In this document: positions 24,090-36,435 of the stretch, one piece after another
How positions within the stretch are numbered: the first letter of the stretch is position 1
Layout: each line of letters begins with the position of its first letter
Assembly (NCBI RefSeq): GCF_006345805.1
Contig: NC_043020.1
Location: 2,480,001-2,544,000, forward strand
DNA length: 64,000 nucleotides
From: Octopus sinensis
Lineage: Eukaryota
Direction: 5' to 3'
The notes under the pieces: model-generated
Databases searched by the model: none
Told to the model about the DNA's origin: nothing
Seen by the model: the letters and a program-made list of their open reading frames with translations, nothing else
Position numbers and translations under genes: made by a program

Positions 24090-24279
24090 TTAAAGGGGAC
24101 AAAGACAGAGGTAGAGGAATTGGCTTAAGTTAGGAAGCTGCTCTGAATGCACAACACACATCAATGAAATTAATACCAGGTTTTACTTACCAAGAGAGGA
24201 ACAAAGCAGGGGTCTTTTTTAATAGTGGAAGACAGCCTCGGTGCTGTAACTCTGGTGTTTGAAAATCTATGCCATGCAA

Positions 24280-24995
24280 AGCGAGGAAAGACTCTGCACC
24301 TAAAAATATCAAATAACATAGTGACAGATTTCAAGAATAAATGGAAGAAAGAAAGGATAAAAAGCTGGAAAGAGAAAGAACTACATGGCCAATTTATTCA
24401 ACAAACTGAGAATATTGGAAGTAAAGAAAGACAGTTATGGCTGAGAGGTGGAAACCTGAAAACGGAAAGCTGAATTGCTAATTATAACTATTCAGGAACA
24501 AGACATTTGATAAAGATTGGTTAAAAAAAAAAAGTCAGAAATCAAACGCAGAAAGTGTGGAAAAGGAGGTAAAAGTATTAACCAGCTTCAAAGTTAAGTG
24601 GATTATATTAGCACAAAAAGAGCATGTTTGTGCCAGCAAAAGAGTGTACCAGAATGTTAGCCAAATTTGTGGATCAGAAGAGATGGGAAAGTGGTAGGAA
24701 CATAAGTTAGAGGTGAGCGAGCTGGCAGAAACGTTAGCACGCCAGGCGAAATGCTTAGCGGTATTTCATCTGCCACTACGTTCTGAGTTCAAATTCCGCT
24801 GAGGTCGACTTTGCCTTTCATCCTTTTGGGGTCGATAAATTAAGTACCAGTTACGCACTGGAGTCAATCTAATTTGTCCCCTCAATGTTTAGCCCCTTGT
24901 GGGCAGTAAAGAAATAAGGAACATAAGCTAGAGGCGGTCATGGTGAATGGTAACAAAATTTTATAGGATTTTTTCCACATACGATTGAAGCAAGA
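24280..24995 (+). mobile_element. Decayed RLE-type (R4/Dong-like) non-LTR retrotransposon C-terminal fragment, interrupted by a SINE
   Basis: WKEKELHGQF...WLRGGNLKTES*...IQEQD and, after the SINE, EHKLEAVMVNGNKIL*DFF..IEARP. These match the WxxKxLHGQ / LKxETE / KILWDF / ARRPD pattern. Confidence 0.7.
24709..24917 (+). mobile_element. SINE family A with target-site duplication
   Basis: Full head. Flanked by GGAACATAAGTTAG (24697-24710) and GGAACATAAGCTAG (24918-24931). Confidence 0.9.
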
Positions 24996-25399
24996 CCCCA
25001 AAAGGATGAAAGGCAAAGTCGACCTCGGTGGAAATTGAACTCAGGACATAAACATGGACAAAATGCTTAGTGGCATTAATGGAGTGGGAGGGGGGATAAG
25101 GGTAGAAGAAAGAAAGAAGAAAAGAAGAACAGAAGGAGAGGATGAAGATGAGGTGGATGAATACTGATTATGTCTTTAATTGGCCACAAGGGCCGAAGAC
25201 ATTGATAACAGCACAAAAGAGTGGGGAATACTTGTTTGAATGTTAGCAAAGATGAATTTCTATTGAGTGAAGGTGCCTGGAAGGTAGAACCAGGTTGACA
25301 TCAGGTCGGTAGCCGTGTCAAAATGGTGAAATGTTGGGAAATTTACAGAATTTAATTATAACTGATTTCTTCTTCCAATAACGAATATAACTTTACCAT

Positions 25400-26130
25400 C
25401 ACCACCACCACCACAACAACAAGAACAACAAAGACAATGACACATACTACAATCACCACTACTACCATTGCATAAGCATATTTGAAGCAAACCTACTAAT
25501 ACCAGCACCACCACCACAACTACCACCAATACCATCATGACAACAACCACCATCACCACCACCATCATCACAACTACCACCACTGCAACAATTACTACTT
25601 CCACCACCATACCATAACTATCACCACCACTACCATAACTACTACCACCACCAAAACAACAACCACAATTACCACCACCACCACAACTACAACTACTACT
25701 ACCACCACCACTACCACCATAACAATCACCACCACTACCATAACTACTACCACCACCAAAACAACAACCATAATTACCACCACCACCACTACCACGAACC
25801 TATACTACGAGCACCACTATAATAATCCCCACTATTGCTATTACTACAACCTGCACCACAACAGCTCCCAACACAACCACAACTTCAACAGTCACATACC
25901 ACAATCACCAATGCTATTAATAACACCACCACCCCGCCCCACCACTACAACCATGCCTCCAAGCACCACTACTATACTACAACCAACACCACTAATATCA
26001 TATTGCACAACTAGCATCAATCATCATTACTTATGATATTCACCACTCCCACCACCACTCACCGCTACGATCAACACTTCAACGATCACCATTACCATCA
26101 TCACCACCACCACCACCAGCCCCCATCACT
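25400..26130. repeat. Degenerate (ACC/ACT/AAC)n trinucleotide tract
   Basis: Direct reading. Confidence 0.9.
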
Positions 26131-26407
26131 GCTAACAATTTCTAATGTTTCAAACTTTGAAGGAAACTACAGAATGGTAAAGATATTGTTAGCCTGACAG
26201 CATTTTAATTATAGCACGGAGAGAGAGAGAGGGTGAGAGAGAGAGAGAGAGTGAGAGAGAGTGAGAAAGAGAGAGTGAGAAAGAGAGAGGTAAGTCCAAA
26301 TGCACACACAAACATATATAAGGCCTGAATGCATACACCTAATAACATATATATATCACACAAACATGAATATATACATATCTACACACACATAATATAT
26401 ATATATA

Positions 26408-26558
26408 GGGAGAGTTTAGGAAAAAAACAAAAGACGAAGACAGGTGGAGTACAAAACAAACATGTATTAGTATAGCGCTCAGAAACAGAAAAAGTCTTTT
26501 ACGTTTCGAGCCTACGCTCTTCTACAGAAGAGCATGTGTTGTGTATGTGTATATATAT

Positions 26559-26590
<32 letters not shown>

Positions 26591-26726
26591 GGAGAGTTTA
26601 GGAAAAAAACAAAAGACGAAGACAGGTGGAGTACAAAACAAACACATGTATTAGTATAGCGCTCAGAAACAGAAAAAGTCTTTTACGTTTCGAGCCTACG
26701 CTCTTCTACAGAAGAGCATGTGTGTG

Positions 26727-26795
<69 letters not shown>

Positions 26796-26930
26796 GGGAG
26801 AGTTTAGGAAAAAAACAAAAGACGAAGACAGGTGGAGTACAAAACAAACACATGTATTAGTATAGCGCTCAGAAACAGAAAAAGTCTTTTACGTTTCGAG
26901 CCTACGCTCTTCTACAGAAGAGCATGTGTG
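26408..26930 (-). repeat. Tandem trimer of ~130-bp units separated by (TA)n, each with a hammerhead-like CTGTAGA...GAAACGTA motif
   Basis: Near-identical units at 26408-26537, 26591-26722 and 26796-26930. Minus strand of each reads CTT-CTGTAGA-A-GAGC-GTAG-GCTC-GAAAC-GTA-AAAG. Confidence 0.9.
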
Positions 26931-26979
26931 TGTATGTGTATATATATATATATATACATACACACACACAAACACATGT

Positions 26980-27180
26980 AAGGGGACAAACAAGGACAGA
27001 CAAACGGATTAAGTCGATTACATCGACCCCAGTGCATAACTGGTACTTAATTTATCGATCCCGAAAGGATGAAAGGCAAAGTTGACCTCGGCGGAATTTG
27101 AACTCAGAACATAACGGCAGACGAAATACGGCTACACATTTCGCCCAGTGTGCTAACAGTTCTGCCAGCTCGCCACCTTG
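26980..27180 (-). mobile_element. SINE family A
   Basis: Reverse complement of the 24709 copy. Confidence 0.88.
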
Positions 27181-27980
27181 ATATATAGCACCCATATGGC
27201 TGAATATCTCTCAGCAACAGCCATGTGCAGGTACTTCATTGGGCGGAATACCATTACTTTTTTCCTTTTTTCTTGATGCTATGAATAACTCAAAGGTTGC
27301 CTTGTCTCTGTTATTGTTGTTGGTGGTATTATTGTAATGTTTGTATCCATGGAACCGGATAATCTGATTGGTGGAAAGCTATGTACAGTGTACAGCCAGA
27401 GTTTTCAATCACATCCAACAGGAGTTAATTGTCTTCCACCCAATGAAGCACCCACACACAGCTGTGCTGGACAGACACTAAAAAGAAGCCCATCATAAAT
27501 ATGCAAGCCTGTGTGTGTACATTGTTATGTTTTGGGTGGGTCATTACATCAACAATAACACATGCACTGGTTCAATTCCACTTCTTTATTATTAGTCAAT
27601 TGGTTTTTTATATATATATATATATAGTATACACCCACACATTCACACATACACACAGATAGAGGCAGAGAGTCATACATAAATATACACACATATATAA
27701 TCATATAGCCATACACATAACTTACACAATAACACATACATAAGCCACACACACACACATAACAGAAACACACAGCCACACACACAGCTACACATACACA
27801 TACATAACACATACTTATACAGAATACACACATACATGTACACATACATAATACAGAATATATATAACACCATCCAAACATACACACACATAGAAACACT
27901 TACAACCACACACATTCACATAATACAAAAAAAAACATACACATATATAATGCACACACAGATATCCACATACATAGTAT

Positions 27981-28011
<31 letters not shown>

Positions 28012-28671
28012 TAAATACACACACACACAGTGTTTCCATTAACCTAATTAGACGTATATCTGTCAATGACCAAAACTGCAGCTGTTGCAGTCGTTGTGCA
28101 ACTGTCTAAGATTCACTGCACATCTTATCTGTGCTACCACCACCAACACCACCTCCAACACTGTTGCTCTTACTGCTGCTGCTGTTGATGATGCTAACGA
28201 TGATGATGATAATGGTGATGATGATGATGATGACGATGAAGATAATGATGATGGTGGTGGTGGTGGTGGTGGTGGTGCCGGTTCTGGTTGTAGCGGTGGT
28301 TGTGGTGGTGGCGAGGCAATGATGATGATGATGATGATGCTGATGGTCTTGGTGCTGCTGCTGCTGATGATGGTGGTGATGGTGAAACAATGATGATGAT
28401 ACATTAGTTATAATGGATGGTTAGGTGTCCTCACCTTGTTTCTTGTATCACAATGTTTCAGCTGATATCGTTTTTCAAGTCCCTACCTGGGATTGAACTT
28501 AGAATCCAAGGGTTAGTAGCCTGCACTCTTATCCACTACGCTATATGCCCATGGGCATATAGCATAGTGGATAATAGTATTAACAGAAATATAGCATCAG
28601 CAGCATACCTTAGGAATGAGAACTGTGGACCCCATTAGTCAAATAAAGGGTTGTGTTCAAAATTCCACCAG

Positions 28672-28716
28672 GACACCTGATGAAGGCAGGAGAGTACACC
28701 AGCCGAAACGTTGTGA
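28672..28716 (+). ncRNA. Minimal type I hammerhead ribozyme motif
   Basis: gaCAC-CTGATGA-A-GGCAGG-agagtaca-CCAGCC-GAAAC-GTT-GTGa. The minimal stem III is ACGT. Stem II has one mismatch. Confidence 0.7.
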
Positions 28717-28751
28717 TAATAACAAACAAGGTGAGGAGACCTAGCCATCCA

Positions 28752-29160
28752 TTTACTCTTTTGCTTGTTTCAGTCATTTGACTGTGGCCATGCTAGAGCA
28801 CCACCTTTAGTCGAGCAAATCAACCCCAGGACTTATTCTTTGTAAGCCTAGTACTTATTCTATCAGTCTCTTTTTACCGAACTGCTAAGTTACGAGGATG
28901 TAAACACACCAGCATCGGTTGTCAAGTGATGTTGGGGAGACAAACATAGACACACAAACACATACACACACACACACACATATATATATACATATATACG
29001 ACGAGCTTCTTTCAGTTTCCGTCTACCAAATCCACTCACAAGGCTTTGGTTGGCCCAAGGCTATAGTAGAAGGCATTTGCCCAAGGTGGCATGCAGTAGG
29101 ACTGAACCCGGAACCAAGTGGTTGGTAAGCAAGCTACTTACAACACAGCCACTCCTGCAT
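28752..29160 (-). mobile_element. SINE family B, full length
   Basis: Reverse complement of the family consensus from the head (acacagccactcctgc) to the tail (ttttgcttgtttcagtcatttgactgtggccatgc). Confidence 0.9.
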
Positions 29161-29599
29161 CTATAAATTGTAAATAATGTAAATAAAGTAGAGAATTCCT
29201 CATCTCAAAAACATAGAATAGTAATGATGATAATGACGGTCTTGGTGCTGTGCTACTACTGCCAATGATGATGTTAGCAGTGGTTATGATGATGATGGTG
29301 ATGGTGGTGTGTGGTGGTAGTAGTGATGATGATGATGGTAATGATAAAGATGGTGATGGTGGTGGTGGTGATGAAAACAAGTGATGATGACGATGATAAT
29401 GGCGATGATGATGATGATGACAAGGCCAGAGGTGCAATGTGCATGCAATGACAGAGAGTCGATGGGCCTTCCAGGTGCAACAACGAGCTGAATAATAAAT
29501 GGCGAAAGTGATGGAGGTGTTTGCAAGAGGGGGGGAGGAAGATTGCGGGGGGGGGGGATGTTAACACTGATGAACATAATTATGATGACAGTGAAGCGG

Positions 29600-30125
29600 A
29601 TGATAAATATGAGTGATACTGGTGGTGGTGGTCATGGTGGTGGTTGTGGTTGTGGTGATGGTGGAGGTGGTGGTGGTGGTTTTGGTGGTGATTTTGTTGG
29701 TGGTTGTGGTGATCGTGGTGGTGGTGGTGGCGGTGGTGGTGGTCATGGTGGTGGTGGTCATGGTGGTGGTGGTCATGGTGGTGGTGGTGGTGGTTTTGTT
29801 GTTGGTAGTGGTGGTTGTGGTGGTGGTGGTGGTTGTGTTGGTGGTGGTCGTGGTGGTTGTCGTGGTGGTTGTTGTGGTGGTGGTTGTGTTAGTGCTGGTG
29901 GTGGTGGTGGTTGTGGTGATGGTTGTGGTTGTGGTTGTGTTGGTGGTGGTCGTGATGGTTGTGGTGGTGGTGGTTGTGTTGGTGGTGGTCGTCATCGTAG
30001 TGGTTGTCGTCATGGTGGTGGTGGTCGTCGTTGTGGTGGTGGTCGTGGTTCTCATAGTGGTTCTTGTCAATATACTAATGATGTTTATAGCAGTGGTGTT
30101 GATGATGATGATGATGATGATTGCA
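29600..30125. repeat. (GGT/GTT/CGT)n trinucleotide tract
   Basis: Direct reading. It is the source of the 220-aa poly-G and poly-T ORFs. Confidence 0.95.
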
Positions 30126-30449
30126 GTTGTGTATCTATCAGATCGAATGATCCTATAAAGACTCCTTCCTTGTCTCTTCTTTGTTGTCATTGTCGTTGTG
30201 CTTAGCCCCAGGTTAGTTCTGACAGAACACATCCCCCACCACCACCACCACCACCACCATTAACAAATGCATTCCAACAGCCACCATCCTTGTTATTCTC
30301 ATCCGTTCCCATCTCAGGGAACGGATGAATGTTGTTGTCAAAATGTCATAACACAACGCATGGCTGTGTGGTAAGAAGTTTGCTTCCCAACCACCAGGTC
30401 TCAGGTTCAGTCCTACTGCATGGCACACACCACCAGAGGTTTTTTTTAA

Positions 30450-30656
30450 CCCTTTCGTTACTGTATTTATTTTGAGATGCTCCATATTTCTTTCAATTAC
30501 TTTAAATATTACAAAGAATTTAGTAAAATAACTTAGTTATCATTAAGCTAGTGACTAAGGTTTGGTGGAAGATTTTAATTCAAAACTTTTGAAAACAAGA
30601 CATTTGTACTCAGGGCCAGGGCCAGAGCCGTTTCAGCCAGGTTGGTAATGAAAGGG
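30450..30656. mobile_element. piggyBac-type MITE (family 1)
   Basis: TTAA|CCCTTTCG...TGAAAGGG|TTAA, the reverse complement of 17316-17537. Confidence 0.88.
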
Positions 30657-30973
30657 TTAAGGGATACTTGAAAGGGAAAGAATGTGTTTCAAGACCAGCA
30701 ACAGTTGCTGAATTCGGGGCAGGTATTGAATAAGGACGTGTACGAATATCAAATGAAATGTTTCTTGCTAATTGCAATTTCACTGCTTCACATTATCGGC
30801 AGCATCTGGACCGGAACGGTCGTCAGTTTGAAAAGAGATGGTCATAAAATGAAAAAAATAAATTAAATTAAATCATGTTTGTAGATTCTATCAAATTCTG
30901 CAGATGCTATGTTATTTTGATAATCACTTATTTAATAATTAATCAATGAGTGTATACACTCTTTTGAAACGCC

Positions 30974-31035
<62 letters not shown>

Positions 31036-31218
31036 CAAGAAAGAAAGAAAGAAGGAAGGAAGGAAGAAAAGAAGAAACAGAAAGAGAGAGAGAGAGATAA
31101 AGAGAAGACATTTCTTTACAGATTCACCATCTGAGTGGTTGCTTCACCATCAAGAAACTTCAAATAATGGAAAAGTAATAGATCTCCACTATATACCTCT
31201 GGGTGTAATAAATGGGTT

Positions 31219-31251
<33 letters not shown>

Positions 31252-32481
31252 ATGAATATATGTGTGTGTGTGCATGTGTATGTGAGTGTGTGTAGTTACA
31301 TAAGTACACAGATAGATAGATAGATAGATAGAAATGTATGTGTTTGTATGTATAATAATTTTTTATCTAATTATTATTCTACATTATTTTAACCATTAAT
31401 GAACATTGGATACACAATCTCAAAGGACTCGACAGATCAATCACTGTATATCTATGTGTGTGTGTATCTATCCATCTACATCATATGAATATATATATTA
31501 TATATATATATATACACATATATATACATATATATATGTATATATATATACACATATATATACATATATATATGCGTGTGTGTGTGTGTGTATATGAGTG
31601 TGTGACTATATATGTTTACATAGGTCTATGTTTTCAAAATGGGTTTTAATTTTGGTTTGTGTTCTATAATGTGCTACAAGGGCTCATTGTTGTGAACACA
31701 AGGTCTGACACAAACACAAACACATACACACACATCTATCTACATAGATTAGTGCAGTATCTGTATAAATACATACATATATACACACACACATATACAC
31801 AAACACAAAATTACATCTATTCGTTTCCAATATAATATCAAATAACACAATGGACCAATCAAATGTTCAATGTATATAATATATACACACACACACACAC
31901 ACATATATATACCCATACATATGTATTTGCGTTTGTGAGTGTGTGTGAGAAAGGGTAAGAGAGAGAGAGATTGACTGAATACATTCCATAGAATACTATT
32001 GGTTTCAGTGAGACTTCAAGTTTTGCCCTTAACTTTCAACAAGTGACATTAAAGATGAAAACTTCAAGGACCAGTAAAACTACTATAACTAACACACATA
32101 CATAAATCAATATACATATGTGTATGTGTGTGTATATATATATACTCATAATAAGCAAAAAGGATATCCAAGGTAGTGTAGTACAATCGTTTCATGCTAC
32201 TTCATTTTATTAAACACTGTTTGTGAGTCAACAAAATAAAATACCAGTAAACTATTGGGCCTGATATAACCAACTACACCTTCCTCCTGAATAAAACATG
32301 TTCTGGTTCTTTATACTCTAAGCTCAAATCCTACAAAAGCCAACTCTGCTGTATGTCCTTCTTGGGACAATAAAGTAAAATAATATTCAAGTACAAGGGT
32401 GTGTATAAATGATTGTTTCCCCATCCTGCAAATTCATGGCCTTGTCACTAGAAACTATTATTATCGTATTACTATTATTTT

Positions 32482-32698
32482 AAAGGCAGTGAACTGACAG
32501 AAAAGTTAGCACGTTATGCAAAATGCTTAGTGATATTTCATCTGTCCTTACTTTCTGAGTTCAAATTCCACCGAGGTAGACTTTGCCTTTCATCCTTTCG
32601 GGGTCGATAAATTAAGTACCAGTTACACACTGGGGTCGATGTAACTGACCAGTCCCCTCCTCCAAAATTTCAGGCCTGTGTTTTAGTAGAAAGGATCA
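32482..32698 (+). mobile_element. SINE family A
   Basis: A/B boxes, family core and (TTA)n tail. Confidence 0.85.
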
Positions 32699-33179
32699 TT
32701 ATTATTACCAAAGTTGAAAGAATTTTGAGCCAAAAGTTGAAAGAGTTTTTATCGCCATTAAGATGAAGTATGAGCAAATTCAGTTGAAAAATGAAAACCC
32801 TGCCACACACCCCTCCAGATGTAGAGGGCTTTTATAAACTCACTCTCCGTTAGTTCATTGGTGTTTCATTGACTTGTCTCTCTTTATATATTGCACTTTA
32901 TATAGGCCAGTTCTTTGCAATAACCTTACTGTTTGCCAAACCCAAAGGAAGGTGGTAAATTTTCTGATCAAAAGACATTCCAGCTCTGACCAATCTATTT
33001 GAAATTCAGAAACAGTTCATCTTAGACAACATTATCCACTATGTCCTATATCTTCATGATGGTCAGGTATAGTTTGAGAGACATTTAGCTACTATTTCTA
33101 GCATATCTCAAGCAATCACTGAGAAGCTACCATTAGTTTTATTGTGGTTGTTTTTGTATATAATTTTGGTTTCCTGTTG

Positions 33180-33556
33180 CTGGTACCTTAGGTGGTGTTA
33201 GTGTTGATAATGTTCTTGTTGGTAGTGGTGGTAGTGGTAGTAGTGGTAATCACTGTCATGGTAGTGACTATGGTACTGTTGTTGTTGGTGGTGGTAATGG
33301 TGATCATTGACATCATCATCATGGTAATGTTGAAGTTAGTGGAAACAGTGTTGCTGGTGATGATAGTTGTGGGTTGGTTCCAGTAGTGGTGGTGGTGGTG
33401 GTGGTGGTGGTAGCAATGGTACTGATTCTCATAACAGAGTTGGTGATAGTAGTGTTGATAATGTGGTGCAGCTGGTAAAAGTGATGGTGGTAATAGTGGG
33501 GATAAGAGATGATGGTGATAGTAGTAGTAGTAGTAGCAGCAACAGCAGTGGTGGTG

Positions 33557-33596
<40 letters not shown>

Positions 33597-33945
33597 CAGC
33601 AGCAGCAGTAGTAGCGATGGTGGTATTGTTGCTAGTCCTTATGTTGACTGTGGTGGTGATGGTTGGTGAAGGTAGAAGCATGGTGGTGGTGTTAGCGGTG
33701 GGTGTGTTAACTGTAGTGGTGGTGAAGGTGGTGGCAGTTATGTGAGTGGTGGTTAGGGTGATGGTGGTAGTGGCGGGGATGGGGAGGGGGCAGTGATGAG
33801 GGATGGGGAGGGGCTAGTGGGTGTGGTGGTGGTGGTGGCAGTGGTGTGAGTGGTGGTGATTAGGGCGATGATGGGGGATGGAGATGGAGGGGCAGTAATG
33901 GAGGAGGGCTAGTGGTTGTGGTGGTGGTGGTGGTGGTGGTGTGCT
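33180..33945. repeat. Degenerate (GGT/AGT)n tract
   Basis: Direct reading. Confidence 0.9.
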
Positions 33946-34132
33946 GTCAATGTTGAATCAGAGACCTGATATTTTCAAGAAATCAAAAGCTCAGTAATTA
34001 TGAAATTAATAGGCAGAGCAAGCAGAGCTGAGCTATTTGCAACATATATATATATAGCTTTGATGATAGTGAGGACACAGAGGAGGGGGGAGAGGCAGTA
34101 GATATACACATACAGACGTGTATGTAACTGTG

Positions 34133-34172
<40 letters not shown>

Positions 34173-34364
34173 TACACACACACACACTCTTATGTACATA
34201 TTTATATCATCATCACCATCGTTTAATGTCCGTTTACCATGTTGGCATGAGTTGTACGGTTTTACATGGAGGTGGTCAGCTGGAGAGCTGTTCAGACTTC
34301 AATTGTCTGTTGTGGCATGGTTTCTATGGCTGGATGCCCTTCCTAACATTGTGTGTGTGTGTGT

Positions 34365-34790
34365 ATATATAAATATGAAATGGAAATTGTAGACATGATA
34401 CCTGTGCCAGCGACACATAAAAGAACCATCCGAACGTGGTCGATGCCAGCGCCACCCTGACTGGCTTCTGTGCCGGTGCACATGGCCTGCTGTGCTTGAG
34501 GAGACCTATTGAGTCAAGTACATCAACATCAAAATAAATATCAAATGGAAATTCTAGTTGTGATACCCGTGCCGGTGGCACATAAAAAGCACCATCTGAA
34601 CATGGCCGATGCCGCTCCCCCCCCCCCCCCGGCACGTAAAAAGCGGCGTTAGGAAGGGCATCCAGCTGTAGAAACACTGCCAGATCAAGACTGGAGCCTG
34701 GTGCAGCCTCCTGGCTTCCCAGACCCTGGTCGAACCGTCTAACCCATGCTAGCACGGAAAACAGACATTAAATGATGATGATGATGATAT
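34365..34790 (+). mobile_element. RTE-family 3'UTR fragment (an opposite-strand fragment lies at ~34205-34350)
   Basis: ctgctgtgcttgaggagacctattgagtcaag...ggaagggcatccagctgtagaaac...ttaaatgatgatgat. Confidence 0.8.
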
Positions 34791-34805
34791 ATATATATAT
34801 ATATA

Positions 34806-35477
34806 TATAATTCAACAATTGAGGGTAAAATTAATTAATTATAATCAATTTCACCAAGTATTCAGTATGCAAAGGGACCATTTAAGGCGAATTCAAATTA
34901 TTACATATATAAAAGGGCTTAGTAAAATAAATTACTTTGCCGCATACTGAACTCATTAGAAATAGTAGCTAAAAAAAACTTTTTAAAACTATTTCTAATA
35001 CTTAAAGAAAACCTCTCTCATATAGTGTTGCTCAATTCAACTCACGAAAGTATGGGGGTAAAGACATTAAAAAATCAAATGCAAAGGTTATTTGAGAACG
35101 TACGTTTCGATTAGTCAACTCGACATTTCTATCATCAGCTCAGAACTCCTTGGTTTGGATTTGAAAACACTGAAAGTGGGAGCATACCCTTTCGGCTTCT
35201 TATCGCTTGAAGATCTGCTCGAAACTAACAGTGCCAGCAAACTCAAATATGCAAGCGAAGAATTTCTGCTCTCCCCTTTCACCAGCGTGGGTTAAAATCA
35301 GTAAACACTATCTTTTTTCGGTAAAATCCGAGGCATTAAATAGAGAGAGATGAATTATAATTTCAACAATTGAGGGTAAAATTATTAATTATTAATCAAT
35401 TTCACCAAGTATCAGTATGCAAAGGGACCATTTAAGGCGAATTCAAATTATTACATTATATAAAAGGGCTTAGTAAA

Positions 35478-35481
<4 letters not shown>
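34806..35481 (-). mobile_element. Penelope pLTR-like unit with ~125-bp direct repeats and an HHR
   Basis: 34806-34930 is repeated at 35356-35481. The HHR at 35093-35142 lies between them. 34915-35000 is similar to the reverse complement of 42490-42575. Confidence 0.65.
35093..35142 (-). ncRNA. Type I hammerhead motif, stem II damaged
   Basis: Minus: TGAG-CTGATGA-TAGAAATGTCGAGTTGACTAATC-GAAAC-GTAC-GTT-CTCA. Stem I is 4 bp and stem III is the palindrome ACGTACGT. Confidence 0.65.
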
Positions 35482-35538
<57 letters not shown>

Positions 35539-35670
35539 CAATAATATAGCATATATATAATTATACATGTAGCATGGGTGGACGGTTCAGACCCCAGTAG
35601 AACCGTCCAACCCATGCTAGCATGGAAACGGACGCTAAACGATGATGATGATGATGATACATACATATGT

Positions 35671-35876
35671 GAGGGAGTGCTGAAAAGTTCCTGGCTTTAA
35701 AGGTATCGTGAAAGGTCTGGTTGGAGGTTCAACCTTCTGAGTTGTTTTACAGGGCTTAGACCACTGCAATAAGTGTGTGAATATGAGAGGGGAGAATAGG
35801 TTGAATAAAATCATAATTAAGTGATCCTCCTGTATTTCATTTTACCCAGAAACCACAAACTTTGCACCACCCACTC
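35671..35876 (+). mobile_element. mariner-derived non-autonomous remnant
   Basis: Left TIR GAGGGAGTGCTGAAAAGTTCCTGG, an internal transposase C-terminus-like segment (CNKCVNMRGE*VE*) and a decayed right TIR. Confidence 0.65.
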
Positions 35877-35892
35877 ATATAAGTATAGAAAC

Positions 35893-35931
<39 letters not shown>

Positions 35932-36205
35932 AATGTATATGCTTTGTATATTTCCCAGTGGCTGCAATAGCATGGCAGTGTAATATAAACTCGCAAATCA
36001 CCAGGTGTTAAAAAAAAAACCCCACTGTCACAGACAGGCAAGATAACTCACCTTCAATCCCATTTTTTTTTTTAACAGCCGGCAATTTCAGAGTTTATAT
36101 ACTCCAGAAACTACACAAAGCTTATACATTAAGCATATTTATTATACTAGGGCTGCTTTTACTTTATATATATTGATTAAACCTCGATAAGTTAAATATT
36201 GAAAT

Positions 36206-36268
36206 CACCTGAAGAAAGACTGTAACTCGAATTTTTAAGAATTGGACAGCCATGAAACGATCGTAGTG
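36206..36268 (+). ncRNA. Type I hammerhead motif, stem II decayed
   Basis: CAC-CTGAAGA-AAGACTGT...ACAGCCAT-GAAAC-GATC-GTA-GTG. Stem III is the palindrome ACGATCGT. Confidence 0.68.
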
Positions 36269-36396
36269 TTATACTAATTATCTTTTTTTAATAATTTTGA
36301 TATATATTTAAAATAATATAAATTAATTAATCTTATGTATTGGCTTAAGTTTTTCATTGTATGATTTGCCTAATAGTTTATCTCTAGTTTAATATA

Positions 36397-36435
<39 letters not shown>

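Noticed and set aside
26408-26930. CRISPR-like repeat-spacer appearance
   Set aside because: The units are ~130 bp, the spacers are plain (TA)n, the context is eukaryotic and there are no cas genes.
29543-30232. 220-aa Gly-rich and 223-aa Thr-rich (mucin-like) ORFs
   Set aside because: (GGT)n repeats lack stops in several frames. There are no splice signals or non-repetitive domain.
36004-36080. Inverted repeat GTGTTAAAAAAAAAA / TTTTTTTTTTAACAG
   Set aside because: Pairing is mostly homopolymer runs, so the information content is low.
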